64,000 nucleotides of DNA from Alphaproteobacteria bacterium. GTDB taxonomy: Bacteria; Pseudomonadota; Alphaproteobacteria; MPNO01; UBA830. Positions within the stretch are counted from its first letter, which is position 1. Every line of letters begins with the position of its first letter. The translations under genes were made by a program, and so were the position numbers. Of the stretch, positions 11,022-21,302 are shown piece after piece. The notes beneath the pieces were generated by a model. It worked only from the letters and a program-made list of their open reading frames with translations. It had not been told where the DNA came from and searched no databases. The stretch spans positions 192,001 through 256,000 of the forward strand of contig OZ219790.1 in the NCBI GenBank assembly GCA_964291215.2, written 5' to 3'.

Positions 11022-12599
11022 TGGCGACGGGCGGCGCGCGAGGAGTTCGAAGCGGCCAAGGCGCTGCGTGCGGCCGGCAAGGTGCCGAAAGAGGCCGTGA
11101 TCCGCGTCTTCGTCATCCTGCTCGACATCCTCATCGTCGTCCTTCTGGAGAAGACCGCGCACGAGCCGGAACTCCGGTCTGCCGCCGTCACAGACGGACA
11201 AGAGCGTGCCGGGAGCAAGGGCCCGAAGCCGAACCGGCAGATGGGCGACAACCTGCGCAAGATCATCGTCGAGGAGACGGTCGCGGCCTGCGACGCCTGC
11301 GGCGCTGACATCGACGGCCCCATCGATCGGGAGCGCCGCACGACATCGTGTTCGAGGTCGTCGAGCGCCGCGCCGAGATCAAGGAATGCCCGAAGTGCAA
11401 GGCCCGGGGCCGGTTCCCCGACAACATCCCGTGCAGTACGGCATTCAGGCCCTCGTCCCTGCTGGTCGCCCAGATGCTGTCCCTGCGCCGTGCTGTCGCG
11501 CTCGTGCAGGCGATCTCCGGCATCAAGCTCTCCGAGGCCTCGGCTATGCTTTCACGATGCGTCATGGGAGGAGGCCGCCGTGGCGCACCTCCTGCAACGC
11601 CCGATGTCGACGATTTCGGATCAACAGCAAGTGGCTCCATGTCGTGGGATCCTGACGTGCAAGTTCCCGCACCGCAAGCAAGAGATCGGCCCGTGCTACA
11701 AGGGCGTCCTGGGCCTCGTACATGGGCCAGTGTAGCCACCAGCTGTGTGGCAGCCACCTGCTGCGCGAACTGACCTTTGTCGTCGAGGCTACCGCGCGAC
11801 TGATGAAGAGCCTGCTCCCTGCCACAAGGTCAACAAGAGCGCATCCAAAAACCCTGAACGACGCCGGGCGCTACCGCACCATCAGGGCGCCAGGGAACTG
11901 CCCGACATCCCGCCGAAAGGAAAACGTGGACGCAAACGCGCACAACCTGCACGAACGTCTCGTGAAACACGAAAACCTGCGCTTCACAGACGACCATCGC
12001 GGTAGGGAACCGGGTTACCCCCCGCACAGAACCGGACGTGCGCTGTTCGCTCCTCCCCTGACGACAAGGCGCTGGTTTGGCCACGGGCTCAGTGGGCAGC
12101 GGTGAGGGTGTCTATGTCCCCGGTGAAGTCCTTTTGGGAGCGTCGCCGAAGGGCACGCAGCTGTTTGCATTGGTGTATGAACTTCTGCAGGCTGCTTCCT
12201 GGAACGGCGTAGTAGCAGCCGTTGATAACTCACCACTTGGCCGTTTCGTGCCGGTTATCGTGCCACCGCTTGCGCAAGGCCTCCTTGATCCGCCGCAGGG
12301 TGCCCGTTTGCGGCCGACCCTGAACCTGCCTTTCCTCGTCTGTTCGCAGAAGTGCGTCATGCCGAGGAAGTCGAACGTCTTGTCCACGCTTCCGGCGGTT
12401 CGCTCTGGCAAACCGACCGAACTCGATGATTTTCCGGGTGCAGTTCAAGTGGGCCAGTCTCTCCCCAAGGTCTCAGCGCCGCCCAGATGCTGAAAGCCGC
12501 ACACGAAGTCGTCCGCATAGCGGACAGTGATCGTGTCAGCCATCCGCTTGCGCCAGTGGTTCTGGAACCAGTCGTACGTAGTGCAGGTTCGCAAGGCAT

Positions 12600-14079
12600 G
12601 GCGATACGACGCCCCGAACGCAAAAGGTAACTCTCGCCTTCGGGTCCGCCGTTGTCGGGTTTCGACGGGTCCGCGCCCGGCGAGCCCGAGATCGGGATGG
12701 AATGGCGGATAGTGATTTTGTCCTCGGTGACAAGTATCTCCTTCACGAGGAGCCGGACGATACGCTGCCGTTCGGCGATGTCCAGAGTTTCGGCTGACGA
12801 ACGCAGCCGCGCCAGAAAGCCGGTCAGAGTCTCGGCGAGCCGAAGATAAGTCTCTCGATCCTTGGCCCGATCGACAGTGGATTGCAGTTCGCGATGCAAC
12901 GCTTGTTCCTGACGGCGGAGCTCGGGCGTTCTGTTGCGCAACTCGTCGATGGTGATCAACTCCTCCTGATAGGCCGTGACGAAGCGGTCGATGGCCTTGC
13001 GGACCCAGCCGATGCCGAAGGTCGGCTGCTGGCTTGGATCGGAGACACGGGCTGCCTCCAGTCCGATCTCTGCTTTCACGAGCGCCGGATCTTCGAGCAA
13101 GCGGACCAGCCATACGATGTCATCGAGCAGATGCACGGGACGGCTGTTGCACAGCGGGCCGTTGAGATGGCGCCAGGCGTCGGAACCCAGGCAGCGGTAG
13201 TAGGAGATCTTGCGCGCAGTGGTGCGGGCCGACGTGCGATACAGCGCGTAGCCGCATTTGCCGCACGCCCCTGCGAGACGCTGGGCGTTTTGGTCCTACG
13301 CCTGGAGAAGACCTTGTTGCGTTGCTCTTCGGCGAGGGCGAAGGTCTCTTCGCTGACGATCGCCGGCACTGGGATCTCGATCCAGTCTTCCCGCGGCCGT
13401 TCGTGACCGGCAGTGTTGCTGTCGGCGAACCCGTCGCGGCGGCGCAGAGGCCGCACGCTGCGGCGCAACCCGGGTCTTGCACGCCCTTCCCTTGTACTCC
13501 GCAGGATCACCACCGAGCGTTCCCAGCGCCCGGAAGACGTGGGGACACTTGTTGAGTGTGCGAGCGATCGCGCCGATGCTGACGTGATCTTCGGTGTAAT
13601 GGCGGTAGATCACGGACGCCTGCGGTTCGGTGATTTCGTAGAAAGCGTCGCTGTCCTGGGTTTTCTTGTGGTAGCCATAGGGTGCGCCGGCGACCTCGCC
13701 GCGCCCGATGACGCTTGCCGCGACGGGAGCGCTCCAGAATCTGCGCCCGCTCGTATTCCGCGATCATTCCCTGGACGAGGAGATGGTCTTCGGGGGTTTC
13801 CATCGACGGCAGGAACACGGTCTCAACGCCGGGCCAGCTCCTCGATGATCAGAACCTGATAGGCGGCGGCTCAAGCGATCCGGGGCATGGACCAGGACGG
13901 CGCGCCCCTCCGCGGCGAGGTCCCTGACACGCGTTCGAGAACCGCGCCGGTATAGCCGTCATCCTCGATGACCATGTCGGGCGCCACGCAGTAGCCATGG
14001 CGTGTAGGCAACCAAGGCCTGGCTGGCGATCGTGTTGCTATCCCTGCTCGCCCGAGACCCACAGGGCTGCAATCTTCAT
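12600..14079 (-). pseudogene. large serine recombinase (resolvase + recombinase + Zn ribbon), frameshifted
   Basis: MKIAA.. with GGAG RBS; IEDDGYTGAVLER; QGMIAEYERAQILERSRRGK; WIEIPVPAIVSEETF; RQRIVRLLVKEILV; the frame runs through the att junction (ESYLLRSG). Confidence 0.85.
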
Positions 14080-14200
14080 GATCGTCTCCTACGTCGTGGG
14101 TTGGGATCTTGTGGGCCGGGCACCAGGATCGCGTAGGCGTTCTGGAGCTTGGCGGCGAGCAGACGATCAAAGTCAAGGTGAACGGCGGGCCGAGAGCTTG
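14076..14200 (-). CDS. small ORF upstream of the recombinase (approximate bounds)
   Basis: One frame reads AVHLDFDRLLAAKLQNAYAILVP.. and ends overlapping the recombinase ATG; start not resolved. Confidence 0.4.
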
Positions 14201-14208
14201 AGCGGCGT

Positions 14209-14493
14209 TCAGCAATGACGACCCATGTCCGAGCGTCTCAAAGCCCGCGCGACAATCTCCCCTATCGAATCGCCGCTGCTCCTGGAATGCGCCCGCAAAG
14301 CCTCCGTGCCTGGAATCTTGATGGTGATCGGGATCACCGCCTCGGCCGGCTGGCGCACGCCTCCTGGAGGTAGCGATACGCCGTGACAAACCGAAGCGCT
14401 GAGACAGGCACCGCTTCGCTTGCCGTCACGCCTTGGGCGAGCAAGGTGTACGCGGTGCCGCTCGACCTTTTGGGATCGCGATGATCGGGCCAT
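14209..14493 (-). CDS. small putative DNA-binding protein (ribbon-helix-helix-like C-terminus), probably degenerate
   Basis: IPITIKIP..EALRAHS..SIGEIVARAL pattern; preceded by TTGACT-N17-TATCGT near the element end. Confidence 0.45.
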   Translation of the reverse strand: MARSSRSQKVERHRVHLARPRRDGKRSGACLSASVCHGVSLPPGGVRQPAEAVIPITIKIPGTEALRAHSRSSGDSIGEIVARALRRSDMGRHC

Positions 14494-15745
14494 TTATCAT
14501 AACGATATTACCGTTTGCGTCTCAAGTCAATCAAAGGGCGGTCGCGCCAATGCACAATTTCGCGCTCAAAGCGGAAGTTACCTTTTGCGTTCGAGGCGTT
14601 ACAATCGCCCCTTGCGGTGTTCCCTTGCCAGTCGGTCCCTTCCATGACGCCGGCGTCACTTGATGATCAGACCCCCCGATCCGTTTCCCGAGCATCGCGA
14701 CCAGATGGTCGCGGTTGTCGAAGGGGCGTCAACGATCCAGTTGACCTTCCGCCGTTCCACCGTGACGGCGCATGATGCGCCCCGGCCGGAAGCCGTAACT
14801 AAACCCGAGGAACTCCGTCTCGCGGCACCAGAATCACACCGCCCGCTGAAGAATCTTGTCCGAGGCAAGTTGCCCTCCATCCTCCTTGGGTATGTAAACC
14901 CTGGAGGCGCCCGCCCCTGTGCACACGGGCGTGCAGGTCAACCAGACGGTCTTCCACACCCTCCGCGTACGCTTGCCACACAACGCCCCGCCGCCGCGTC
15001 CTTCCTCAAGGAATGGAACGCATCGTGTAGAACGTCGACCGTCACGTGGTGGAGTAAAGACGCTCTTCCGGGTTCCTCTTCGCTACCTGCGTTCAGCCGC
15101 CTGTGACCCCCGCTTCTGCGCGCGGCGCGGGCCAACCGCATTGCCCTTCCCTCCAACAACTCCGCAGGCTCCGAAGAACCCTTGTTCGCCGCCTTCAACG
15201 GTACTATGGCCGAATCTGACTTCTCGTTCATCATCGGTTTACGGAATTTCCTCTGCGGCCCCTCCACGACAGAGGGGCAAGACCTCCCAGGTCCCTGCTT
15301 CGGCGCGTGCCCTGGTTCTCGGACCCCGCGGAGCCCCCCTCACCAACGCGGCTCGTTGCCTTCGGCCACGACCTCGGCACTCCGGTTTCAAAGCATCTCG
15401 TGGCTCAATAGCCTGCCGCTCCCCAACGCTTCGCCTCACGACGCATGGTTCACGGAGAAATTAGCCTCTCTCGGGACTTGCACCCGGCCACATTCCACCA
15501 GTTTGCCTGGCGCACCCGATGTCAGCTTCACCAACAATGCCGGAGAACAGAAGATCAGGATGGCAAAGCTCAAGGTGTCCGGATGCTTCCGCTCCACGCA
15601 AAAGCATGGTGCCAAGCTACCTCACCTCCATGGCCGCACTCGGCTACAACCCACTCGTTGCCACCCAGATCGCCCTCGACGGAAAAGCCGCAGACATCAT
15701 CAACGAGCACTATGAATCAGAACCCAACAAGGGGTGAGTAGATAC

Positions 15746-16632
15746 CAGGTGCCAAAGACGGCCGGTCACGGGGACGACCCGTCCCCAGTCGCTTGAACGC
15801 GGCCAGCGATCTTCTCGCGCCGTAGCCGAGATGTACATCAAGGGCGTTTCCACGCGGCAAGCCGAAGATGTAATGCGCGAGTTCGGGAGCCTGTCCTCTT
15901 CTCAGGTCAGCCGGGCCACCAGGTTGCTCGATGAAGAACTCGCCGCGCAACCGGCCCCTGATGAAATACTTGGATGCGCGCTATGAAAAAGCCCGCCATG
16001 ACGGCGTTGTGCGCGATGTCGCAATGCTCTCAGCCATCGGAACAGGGGCTGCAGGCACGTTCCGGGGCTCTCTGTGGCGCTCTCCGAGGCCGAGGTCCAT
16101 TGGAGAGCCTTCCTGGAAAGCTTGCTAGCCCTGCATGGTACGACCTTCATCGTCTCGGATGCCGGGCTGAAAGCAGCACGACGCGCGGTGCTGGGCGCGG
16201 CGATGTGGCAGCGCTGCCAGTTTCACTTGGCGCAAAACGCCGTGCACCGAACAACGACATCAGGAAACGTATCGGAAAACAGCTCGGAGCCACGCCTCCT
16301 CACTCCAAACCGCCGAGGCTGAACTGGGCGCCCTCGTGGCCAGCGACAAGCATCCAGGCTTCCTGGCTGAAAAACAATGCGGGGCTCGCTGTCTTCACCT
16401 TGCCCGATGCTCACCGCAAACGTATGCGAACCTCGAACGGCATCGAGCGACCGATCCAGCAAGAGCTCAAGCGGCGCACCTCCAAAGTCAGGGTCTTTCC
16501 GAACCTCGCCTCATTGGAGCACCTCTCAACCGTAGTCCTCGTCGAGGAAAAATGGGAAACCGAAACCAAGGCATCAAATGGGAACAGCTCGATCAGCTTC
16601 ACAACAATTTCCAGACATCAGGTTGCGTAGTC
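15746..16632 (+). mobile_element. IS256-family element, 3' part (degenerate)
   Basis: WQRCQFHL, RTSNGIER, KVRVFPN motifs; right end ATTTCCAGACATCAGGTTGCGTAGTC shared with the copy ending at 57440. Confidence 0.85.
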
Positions 16633-16690
16633 GACGCGAGCCCCAACGCACTTGGATTTCGCATCTCCAAATCAGGATAGGATCACCGTG
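16633..16690 (+). repeat. MITE-like terminal fragment
   Basis: GACGCGAG..CCAACGCA..GGATTTCGC.TCTCC.AATCAG..GATCACCGTG is an inverted homologue of 45247-45304. Confidence 0.6.
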
Positions 16691-16856
16691 TCTCACACCG
16701 GGGACGGTCTCCTGACCGAGTTCAGTCGAACGCTTCGTCACGCTGCCGACCAGGAAGCAGCTGCTGTCCGGCATGCGCGAATCCGCTGGCGAACCGGAAT
16801 GACAAATTCACTGTATAGTGTATCCGGACATCGCAACGCTACGGAGAATCGGCAAC

Positions 16857-17363
16857 GTGCCCAACAACGCGATCAGCGGAAGGAACCTGCCGGCCGGACT
16901 GCGTTTTTTTGATCCGGCGGCACTGATTGCGACCGCAGGCGGCGCCGGCCTGCTTCCCCGTTGTCCCGGCACGTGGGGATCGCTTGTCGCGCTCCCTCCC
17001 GCGTGGGTCATCGCCACATATTCTGGAAGCCTGTGGCTGATCTTGGCTGCTGCAATCGTCTTTTGCGCGGGGTTGTGGGCATCGTCCAGATACCTCCGGC
17101 TTTCAGACGACACGGACCCGGCTCCGATTGTCATCGATGAGGTGGCCGGCCAGTTCCTGGCGCTAGCCGCCGTCCCCCCGGATCCCTGGTGGTATGTCGC
17201 GGCATTCGCTCTGTTCCGGATTCTTGATATCGCCAAACCGGGGCCGATATCATGGACCGAGCGGAAACTTGGAGGCTCGCTTGGGGTAATGGCCGATGAC
17301 ATCGTTGCCGGGGCCGGCGCGTTTGTCATTCTCGGCTTTGGGTACAACTTTATCGGTCCATAG
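16857..17363 (+). CDS. pgpA: phosphatidylglycerophosphatase A
   Basis: PGTWGSL, DPAPIVIDEVAG, FRILDIAKP, GVMADDIVAG; start uncertain (16818 or 16857). Confidence 0.93.
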   Translation: MPNNAISGRNLPAGLRFFDPAALIATAGGAGLLPRCPGTWGSLVALPPAWVIATYSGSLWLILAAAIVFCAGLWASSRYLRLSDDTDPAPIVIDEVAGQFLALAAVPPDPWWYVAAFALFRILDIAKPGPISWTERKLGGSLGVMADDIVAGAGAFVILGFGYNFIGP

Positions 17364-17367
17364 GGAC

Positions 17368-17862
17368 ATGCCGTTCGATCAAGATATCCGCGAGCGGGCC
17401 GCAGAGGTCCTTGAGCTTTGCCGTGTGTCCAGACTGACGGTCACAACTGTGGAATCCTGCACCGGGGGCCTGGTATCGGCAGCACTTACCGAGATCGCGG
17501 GCTCATCGGATGTCGTTGAGCGTGGTTTCGTGACTTATACGAACGCCGCCAAGACCGCTCTCGTCGATGTCCCGACCACACTCCTCGATACAGTCGGCGC
17601 CGTCAGCGAGGAAGTGGCCCGGGCGATGGCCGCGGGCGGTATCGCCCGCTCGGACGCCGACATCGCGGTCGCTGTCACGGGGGTAGCGGGACCGGGCGCC
17701 AGCGAGAAGAAACCCGCCGGCCTCGTACATCTCGCGGTTGCATGTCGAAACGGCGCAGTCATCCACGAATGTTGCAGATTCCCGGGCGACCGGTCGGCGG
17801 TGCGTGAAGCTTCGGTGCTGAAAGCACTCGACTTGATTGAGGCCCTCATCCGCCGCTCCTGA
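17368..17862 (+). CDS. cinA: CinA/PncC-family nicotinamide-nucleotide amidohydrolase
   Basis: ESCTGGL, GSSDVVERGFVTY, VTGVAGPG. Confidence 0.92.
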   Translation: MPFDQDIRERAAEVLELCRVSRLTVTTVESCTGGLVSAALTEIAGSSDVVERGFVTYTNAAKTALVDVPTTLLDTVGAVSEEVARAMAAGGIARSDADIAVAVTGVAGPGASEKKPAGLVHLAVACRNGAVIHECCRFPGDRSAVREASVLKALDLIEALIRRS

Positions 17863-17993
17863 TCCGCATCGCCGCACACTTGTGCCATGCCGCCTGCGAT
17901 CGTCTCTTCCCGGCACGGCGAGGACCTCAACAAGAGAGGCACCGTCCGGGTAAGCAGGCCGGATACCTGTATCCAGGGGGCGGCATCCCAACT

Positions 17994-18422
17994 TTACCCG
18001 TAGCGCTCCGCGGCACGCTGTTCGAAAGCATGAACCATGCGCCGCACTGCCTCGCTGAAAACCGGTCCCGCGATCTTTCGCAGCAGGCGCGAACGAAATT
18101 CAAAATCGACGAAGAAATCCACCGTGCAGCCATCCTCGGCCGGGTGGAACAGCCAGCGGTTCTGCAAATGGCGAAACGGACCGTCGAGATATTCGACATC
18201 GATGCGATCCGTCGGTGTGAGCGTCACCCGGGAAATAAAGCTCTCGCGCACCACGCTGAAGCCGACCAGCATCTCGGCTCGCAGCAGGTTATCCGAACGG
18301 TCAAGAACTCGGAGCGCAATGCACCACGGGAGAAAGTTGGGATAATCCTCGACATCGGCAACGAGCTCGTAGAGCTGTTCCGGCAGGTACGGAAGAAACT
18401 TCTTCTCCGAATGTAGCGGCAT
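17994..18422 (-). CDS. ratA: RatA/Coq10 START-domain protein
   Basis: LVADVEDYPNFLPWC, GPFRHLQNRW, AFEQRA. Confidence 0.9.
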   Translation of the reverse strand: MPLHSEKKFLPYLPEQLYELVADVEDYPNFLPWCIALRVLDRSDNLLRAEMLVGFSVVRESFISRVTLTPTDRIDVEYLDGPFRHLQNRWLFHPAEDGCTVDFFVDFEFRSRLLRKIAGPVFSEAVRRMVHAFEQRAAERYG

Positions 18423-18439
18423 GTGCTCTGGAGAAGGAG

Positions 18440-19381
18440 TTAGGCCCGGGCTTCACGAACGGCGCGCAACTGCCGGAAATCACTGTCTGCATGATAGGAA
18501 GAACGGGTCAGCGGCGACGAGGACACCATCAGGAAACCTTTTCCGTACGCTGCTGTCCGGTAGCTCTCGAATTCGCCGGGAGGGACAAAACGGTCGATCG
18601 GGTGATGCTTGGCCGTAGGCTGCAAGTACTGGCCGACGGTCACGAAATCGACATCCGCCGCGCGCAGGTCATCCATCACTTGGAGCACCTCCTCACGGTT
18701 CTCGCCGAGCCCGACCATCAATCCCGATTTGGTGAACAGCGACGAGTCGAGCTCCTTCACCCGGTCGAGAACACGCAGCGAATGAAAATAGCGCGCGCCC
18801 GGACGCACTTTCGCGTACAGCCGCGGCACTGTTTCGAGATTGTGATTGAAAACATCGGGCCGCGCGGCGACGACGACCTCCAGAGCACCATCCTTTTTGA
18901 GAAAATCCGGAGTAAGTGTCTCGATCGTGGTGGCAGGAGACGCCCTTCGGATCTCGTTCACGACCGCCGCGAAATGCCGCGCACCGCCATCAGCGAGGTC
19001 GTCGCGATCGACCGAGGTGATGACGACATGACCGAGCGCGAGTTCGGCAACCGCCTCCGCCACCCGCCCGGGCTCGCCGGGATCGAGGTGCCGCGGGATG
19101 CCGGTCGCAACGTTGCAGAAAGCGCAGGCCCGCGTGCAGACATCGCCCATGATCATCATGGTCGCGTGCTTCTGCGCCCAGCATTCGCCGATATTCGGAC
19201 AAGATGCCTCCTCGCACACGGTAACGAGCCCCAAGCGGCGCATAGTGCCCAGAGTCTCCCTGTAGACCGGCGAGGTCGGCGCCCTGACCCGGATCCAGGG
19301 CGGCTTCCTGCGCATGGGGTTGTCCGGACGGCCGGCCTTTTCGGGATGCCGGGGATGTGCGTTGTCGGTGACGGTTGCCAT
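18440..19381 (-). CDS. lipA: lipoyl synthase
   Basis: [28 protein letters not shown]. Confidence 0.97.
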   Translation of the reverse strand: MATVTDNAHPRHPEKAGRPDNPMRRKPPWIRVRAPTSPVYRETLGTMRRLGLVTVCEEASCPNIGECWAQKHATMMIMGDVCTRACAFCNVATGIPRHLDPGEPGRVAEAVAELALGHVVITSVDRDDLADGGARHFAAVVNEIRRASPATTIETLTPDFLKKDGALEVVVAARPDVFNHNLETVPRLYAKVRPGARYFHSLRVLDRVKELDSSLFTKSGLMVGLGENREEVLQVMDDLRAADVDFVTVGQYLQPTAKHHPIDRFVPPGEFESYRTAAYGKGFLMVSSSPLTRSSYHADSDFRQLRAVREARA

Positions 19382-19385
19382 GGCC

Positions 19386-20786
19386 TCAGAAATGGATCGC
19401 GCGGCCATAGGCGTCAAGTACCGATTCATGCATCATTTCGGAAAGGGTCGGATGCGGGAAGACGGTTTCGATGAGTTGCGCTTCGGTGGCCTCGAGCGTG
19501 CGGGCGATCGCATAGCCCTGGATCAGTTCGGTAACCTCGGAACCGATCATGTGCGCGCCGAGCAGTTCCCCCATAGTGCTGTCGAACACGGTCTTGATCA
19601 GGCCCTGGCTGTCTCCGAGCACAATGGCCTTGCCGTTGCCGGCGAACGGAAACCGTCCGATGCGGACGTCATGGCCCGCCTCCCGCGCTTTCTCTTCCGT
19701 CATGCCGATGCTTGCTACCTGCGGCCTGCAGTAGGTGCAGGCCGGAATGCGCGACATATCAAGCGGGTGAACATCCCTGCCCGCAATGCGATCAACGCAG
19801 ATGACGGCCTCATGGCTCGCCTTGTGCGCAAGCCATGGCGGCCCGACGAGATCGCCGATCGCGTAGATGCCGGGCTCACCCGTCTCGAGCCAGGGATTGA
19901 CGACGACATGGCCGCGTTCGACCTCGACGCCGGTTTCCTCGATTCCGATGTTCTCGACATTTCCGGTAATGCCGACGGCGAGAATGACCTTGTCGAAGGC
20001 CGCTTCCAGGCGGCTTTCGTCGGACAGCTCCAGCGTGGCCTCAACGCCGTTGGCCCCGGCCTGGAGCCCATGCAGCTTGGCGCTGACATGAATGCTCATG
20101 CCCTGCTTCTCGAATGCCTGGTGGGCAAGGGCCGAGATCTCCGCATCCTCGGCGGGGAGGATCCTGTCGAGCGCCTCGACCACGGTTACCTCGGTACCGA
20201 GATCGGAATAGAAGCTCGCAAACTCGATGCCGATCGCGCCGGCGCCGACGACCAGCACAGAGTTCGGCAGGACCTCCGGTATCATCGCCTCGCGGTATGT
20301 CCAAATGTGCTCTCCGTCCGGTTCGATTCCGGGCAGACTGCGCGCCCGTGCGCCGGTGGCGAGAACGATGTGTTCCGCGGAATAGCTGCTCTCGTTTCCC
20401 TCTCCGTCCCTGACCCGGAGCGTTCCGCTCCCGGCCAGCGCACCCTCGCCCATGATCACGTCGACATCGTTTTTCCGTAGAAGATGCCCGATTCCGCGAT
20501 TGAGCCGCGTAGCGACCTTGCGCGACCGTTTGACCACGACTTGCAGGTCGACGGAACTGTCGCCGACCGAGATGCCGAACTCCGCGGCATGATCGAGGAG
20601 GTGACGGATTTCGGCGGCGCGAAGCAGCGCCTTGGTCGGTATGCAGCCCCAGTTGAGACAGATGCCGCCAAGGTGTTCGCGCTCGACCACGGCAGCCTTG
20701 ATTCCGAGCTGGGCGGCGCGTATGGCGGCAACATATCCGCCGGGACCACCGCCCAAGACGATCAGATCGTACCGACTGTCAGCCAA
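19386..20786 (-). CDS. lpdA: dihydrolipoamide dehydrogenase
   Basis: [26 protein letters not shown]. Confidence 0.97.
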   Translation of the reverse strand: MADSRYDLIVLGGGPGGYVAAIRAAQLGIKAAVVEREHLGGICLNWGCIPTKALLRAAEIRHLLDHAAEFGISVGDSSVDLQVVVKRSRKVATRLNRGIGHLLRKNDVDVIMGEGALAGSGTLRVRDGEGNESSYSAEHIVLATGARARSLPGIEPDGEHIWTYREAMIPEVLPNSVLVVGAGAIGIEFASFYSDLGTEVTVVEALDRILPAEDAEISALAHQAFEKQGMSIHVSAKLHGLQAGANGVEATLELSDESRLEAAFDKVILAVGITGNVENIGIEETGVEVERGHVVVNPWLETGEPGIYAIGDLVGPPWLAHKASHEAVICVDRIAGRDVHPLDMSRIPACTYCRPQVASIGMTEEKAREAGHDVRIGRFPFAGNGKAIVLGDSQGLIKTVFDSTMGELLGAHMIGSEVTELIQGYAIARTLEATEAQLIETVFPHPTLSEMMHESVLDAYGRAIHF

Positions 20787-21302
20787 GGTGCGTTCTCCAT
20801 GGATAATCGCATGATCGCCGGCAAAAATGCCATGCGGGGCGGCCTGCCACGCCGTTCAGGGTACGACTTTCGCTACGTCATGCAAGGACGAAAACGCCGG
20901 CAGAAGCAGGTAGCATCCACATACGTTCTCTGCCCATTCGATGTAGGCGGCTGCGGACATCTCGACGGGTCGATGGTCCAGAACCGCTCCACGAGCGGAC
21001 ACGCCGGCGCAGCAACGAGATCAAGAGCTTGGCATCAAGCGGCAAGGAAAGTTTGCGCTTGCCGGGAACCAGGCGTCCACATCGTCCATATTGCCGTTGT
21101 CCTCGCACGTTCCGAAGGTGGAAGCTGGCAGGTGTCCGTGGATTCCGTCTCCCGTCAGAACCTCAGGATTGCGACCGTGCCCGTCAAGGCAGCACCGCGC
21201 CTTGGAACGCGAACGGCGATCTTGCGCATCGCGATTCCAGCATCCGGCCACCGGACGCAGCACCGCTCCCCACGATCGCTGGTGGCGGGCGGATCCGGCC
21301 AC

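Larger units (their letters stand above)
12605..14602 (-). mobile_element. large-serine-recombinase integrative element inserted in the intron RT gene
   Basis: 24-bp inverted arms 12609-12632 and 14576-14599 (1 mismatch); TAC core duplicated at 12605-12607 and 14600-14602. Confidence 0.85.
11996..15515 (-). mobile_element. group II intron (RT/maturase pseudogene) inserted antisense in the IS66 transposase
   Basis: 5' end GTGCGCCAGG at 15515; DV/DVI-like GCACGTCCGGTTCTGTGCGGGG..CCTACCGCGAT ending at 11996; RT motifs GTPQGA, RYADDFVCGF, TFDFLG; flanks rejoin to GACGACC|CCGATGTCAGC, matching the intron-free IS66 copies. Confidence 0.9.
10753..15745 (+). mobile_element. IS66-family element copy 1 (degenerate), interrupted by a group II intron
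   Basis: IR GTAACTGCTCACCCC / GGGGTGAGTAGATAC; Zn ribbon CDACG..CPKC, HQLCGSHLLREL, FTNNAGEQKIR; no TSD. Confidence 0.88.

Noticed and set aside
11996-15515. Retron, DGR or CRISPR-associated RT
   Set aside because: GUGYG start, DV/DVI-like end, YADD context and precise exon rejoining indicate a group II intron; no template/variable repeat pair or msr-msd seen.
20790-21300. Gene or ncRNA in the 500-bp pdhC-lpdA gap
   Set aside because: Only short motif-less ORFs; no recognisable structure or repeat.
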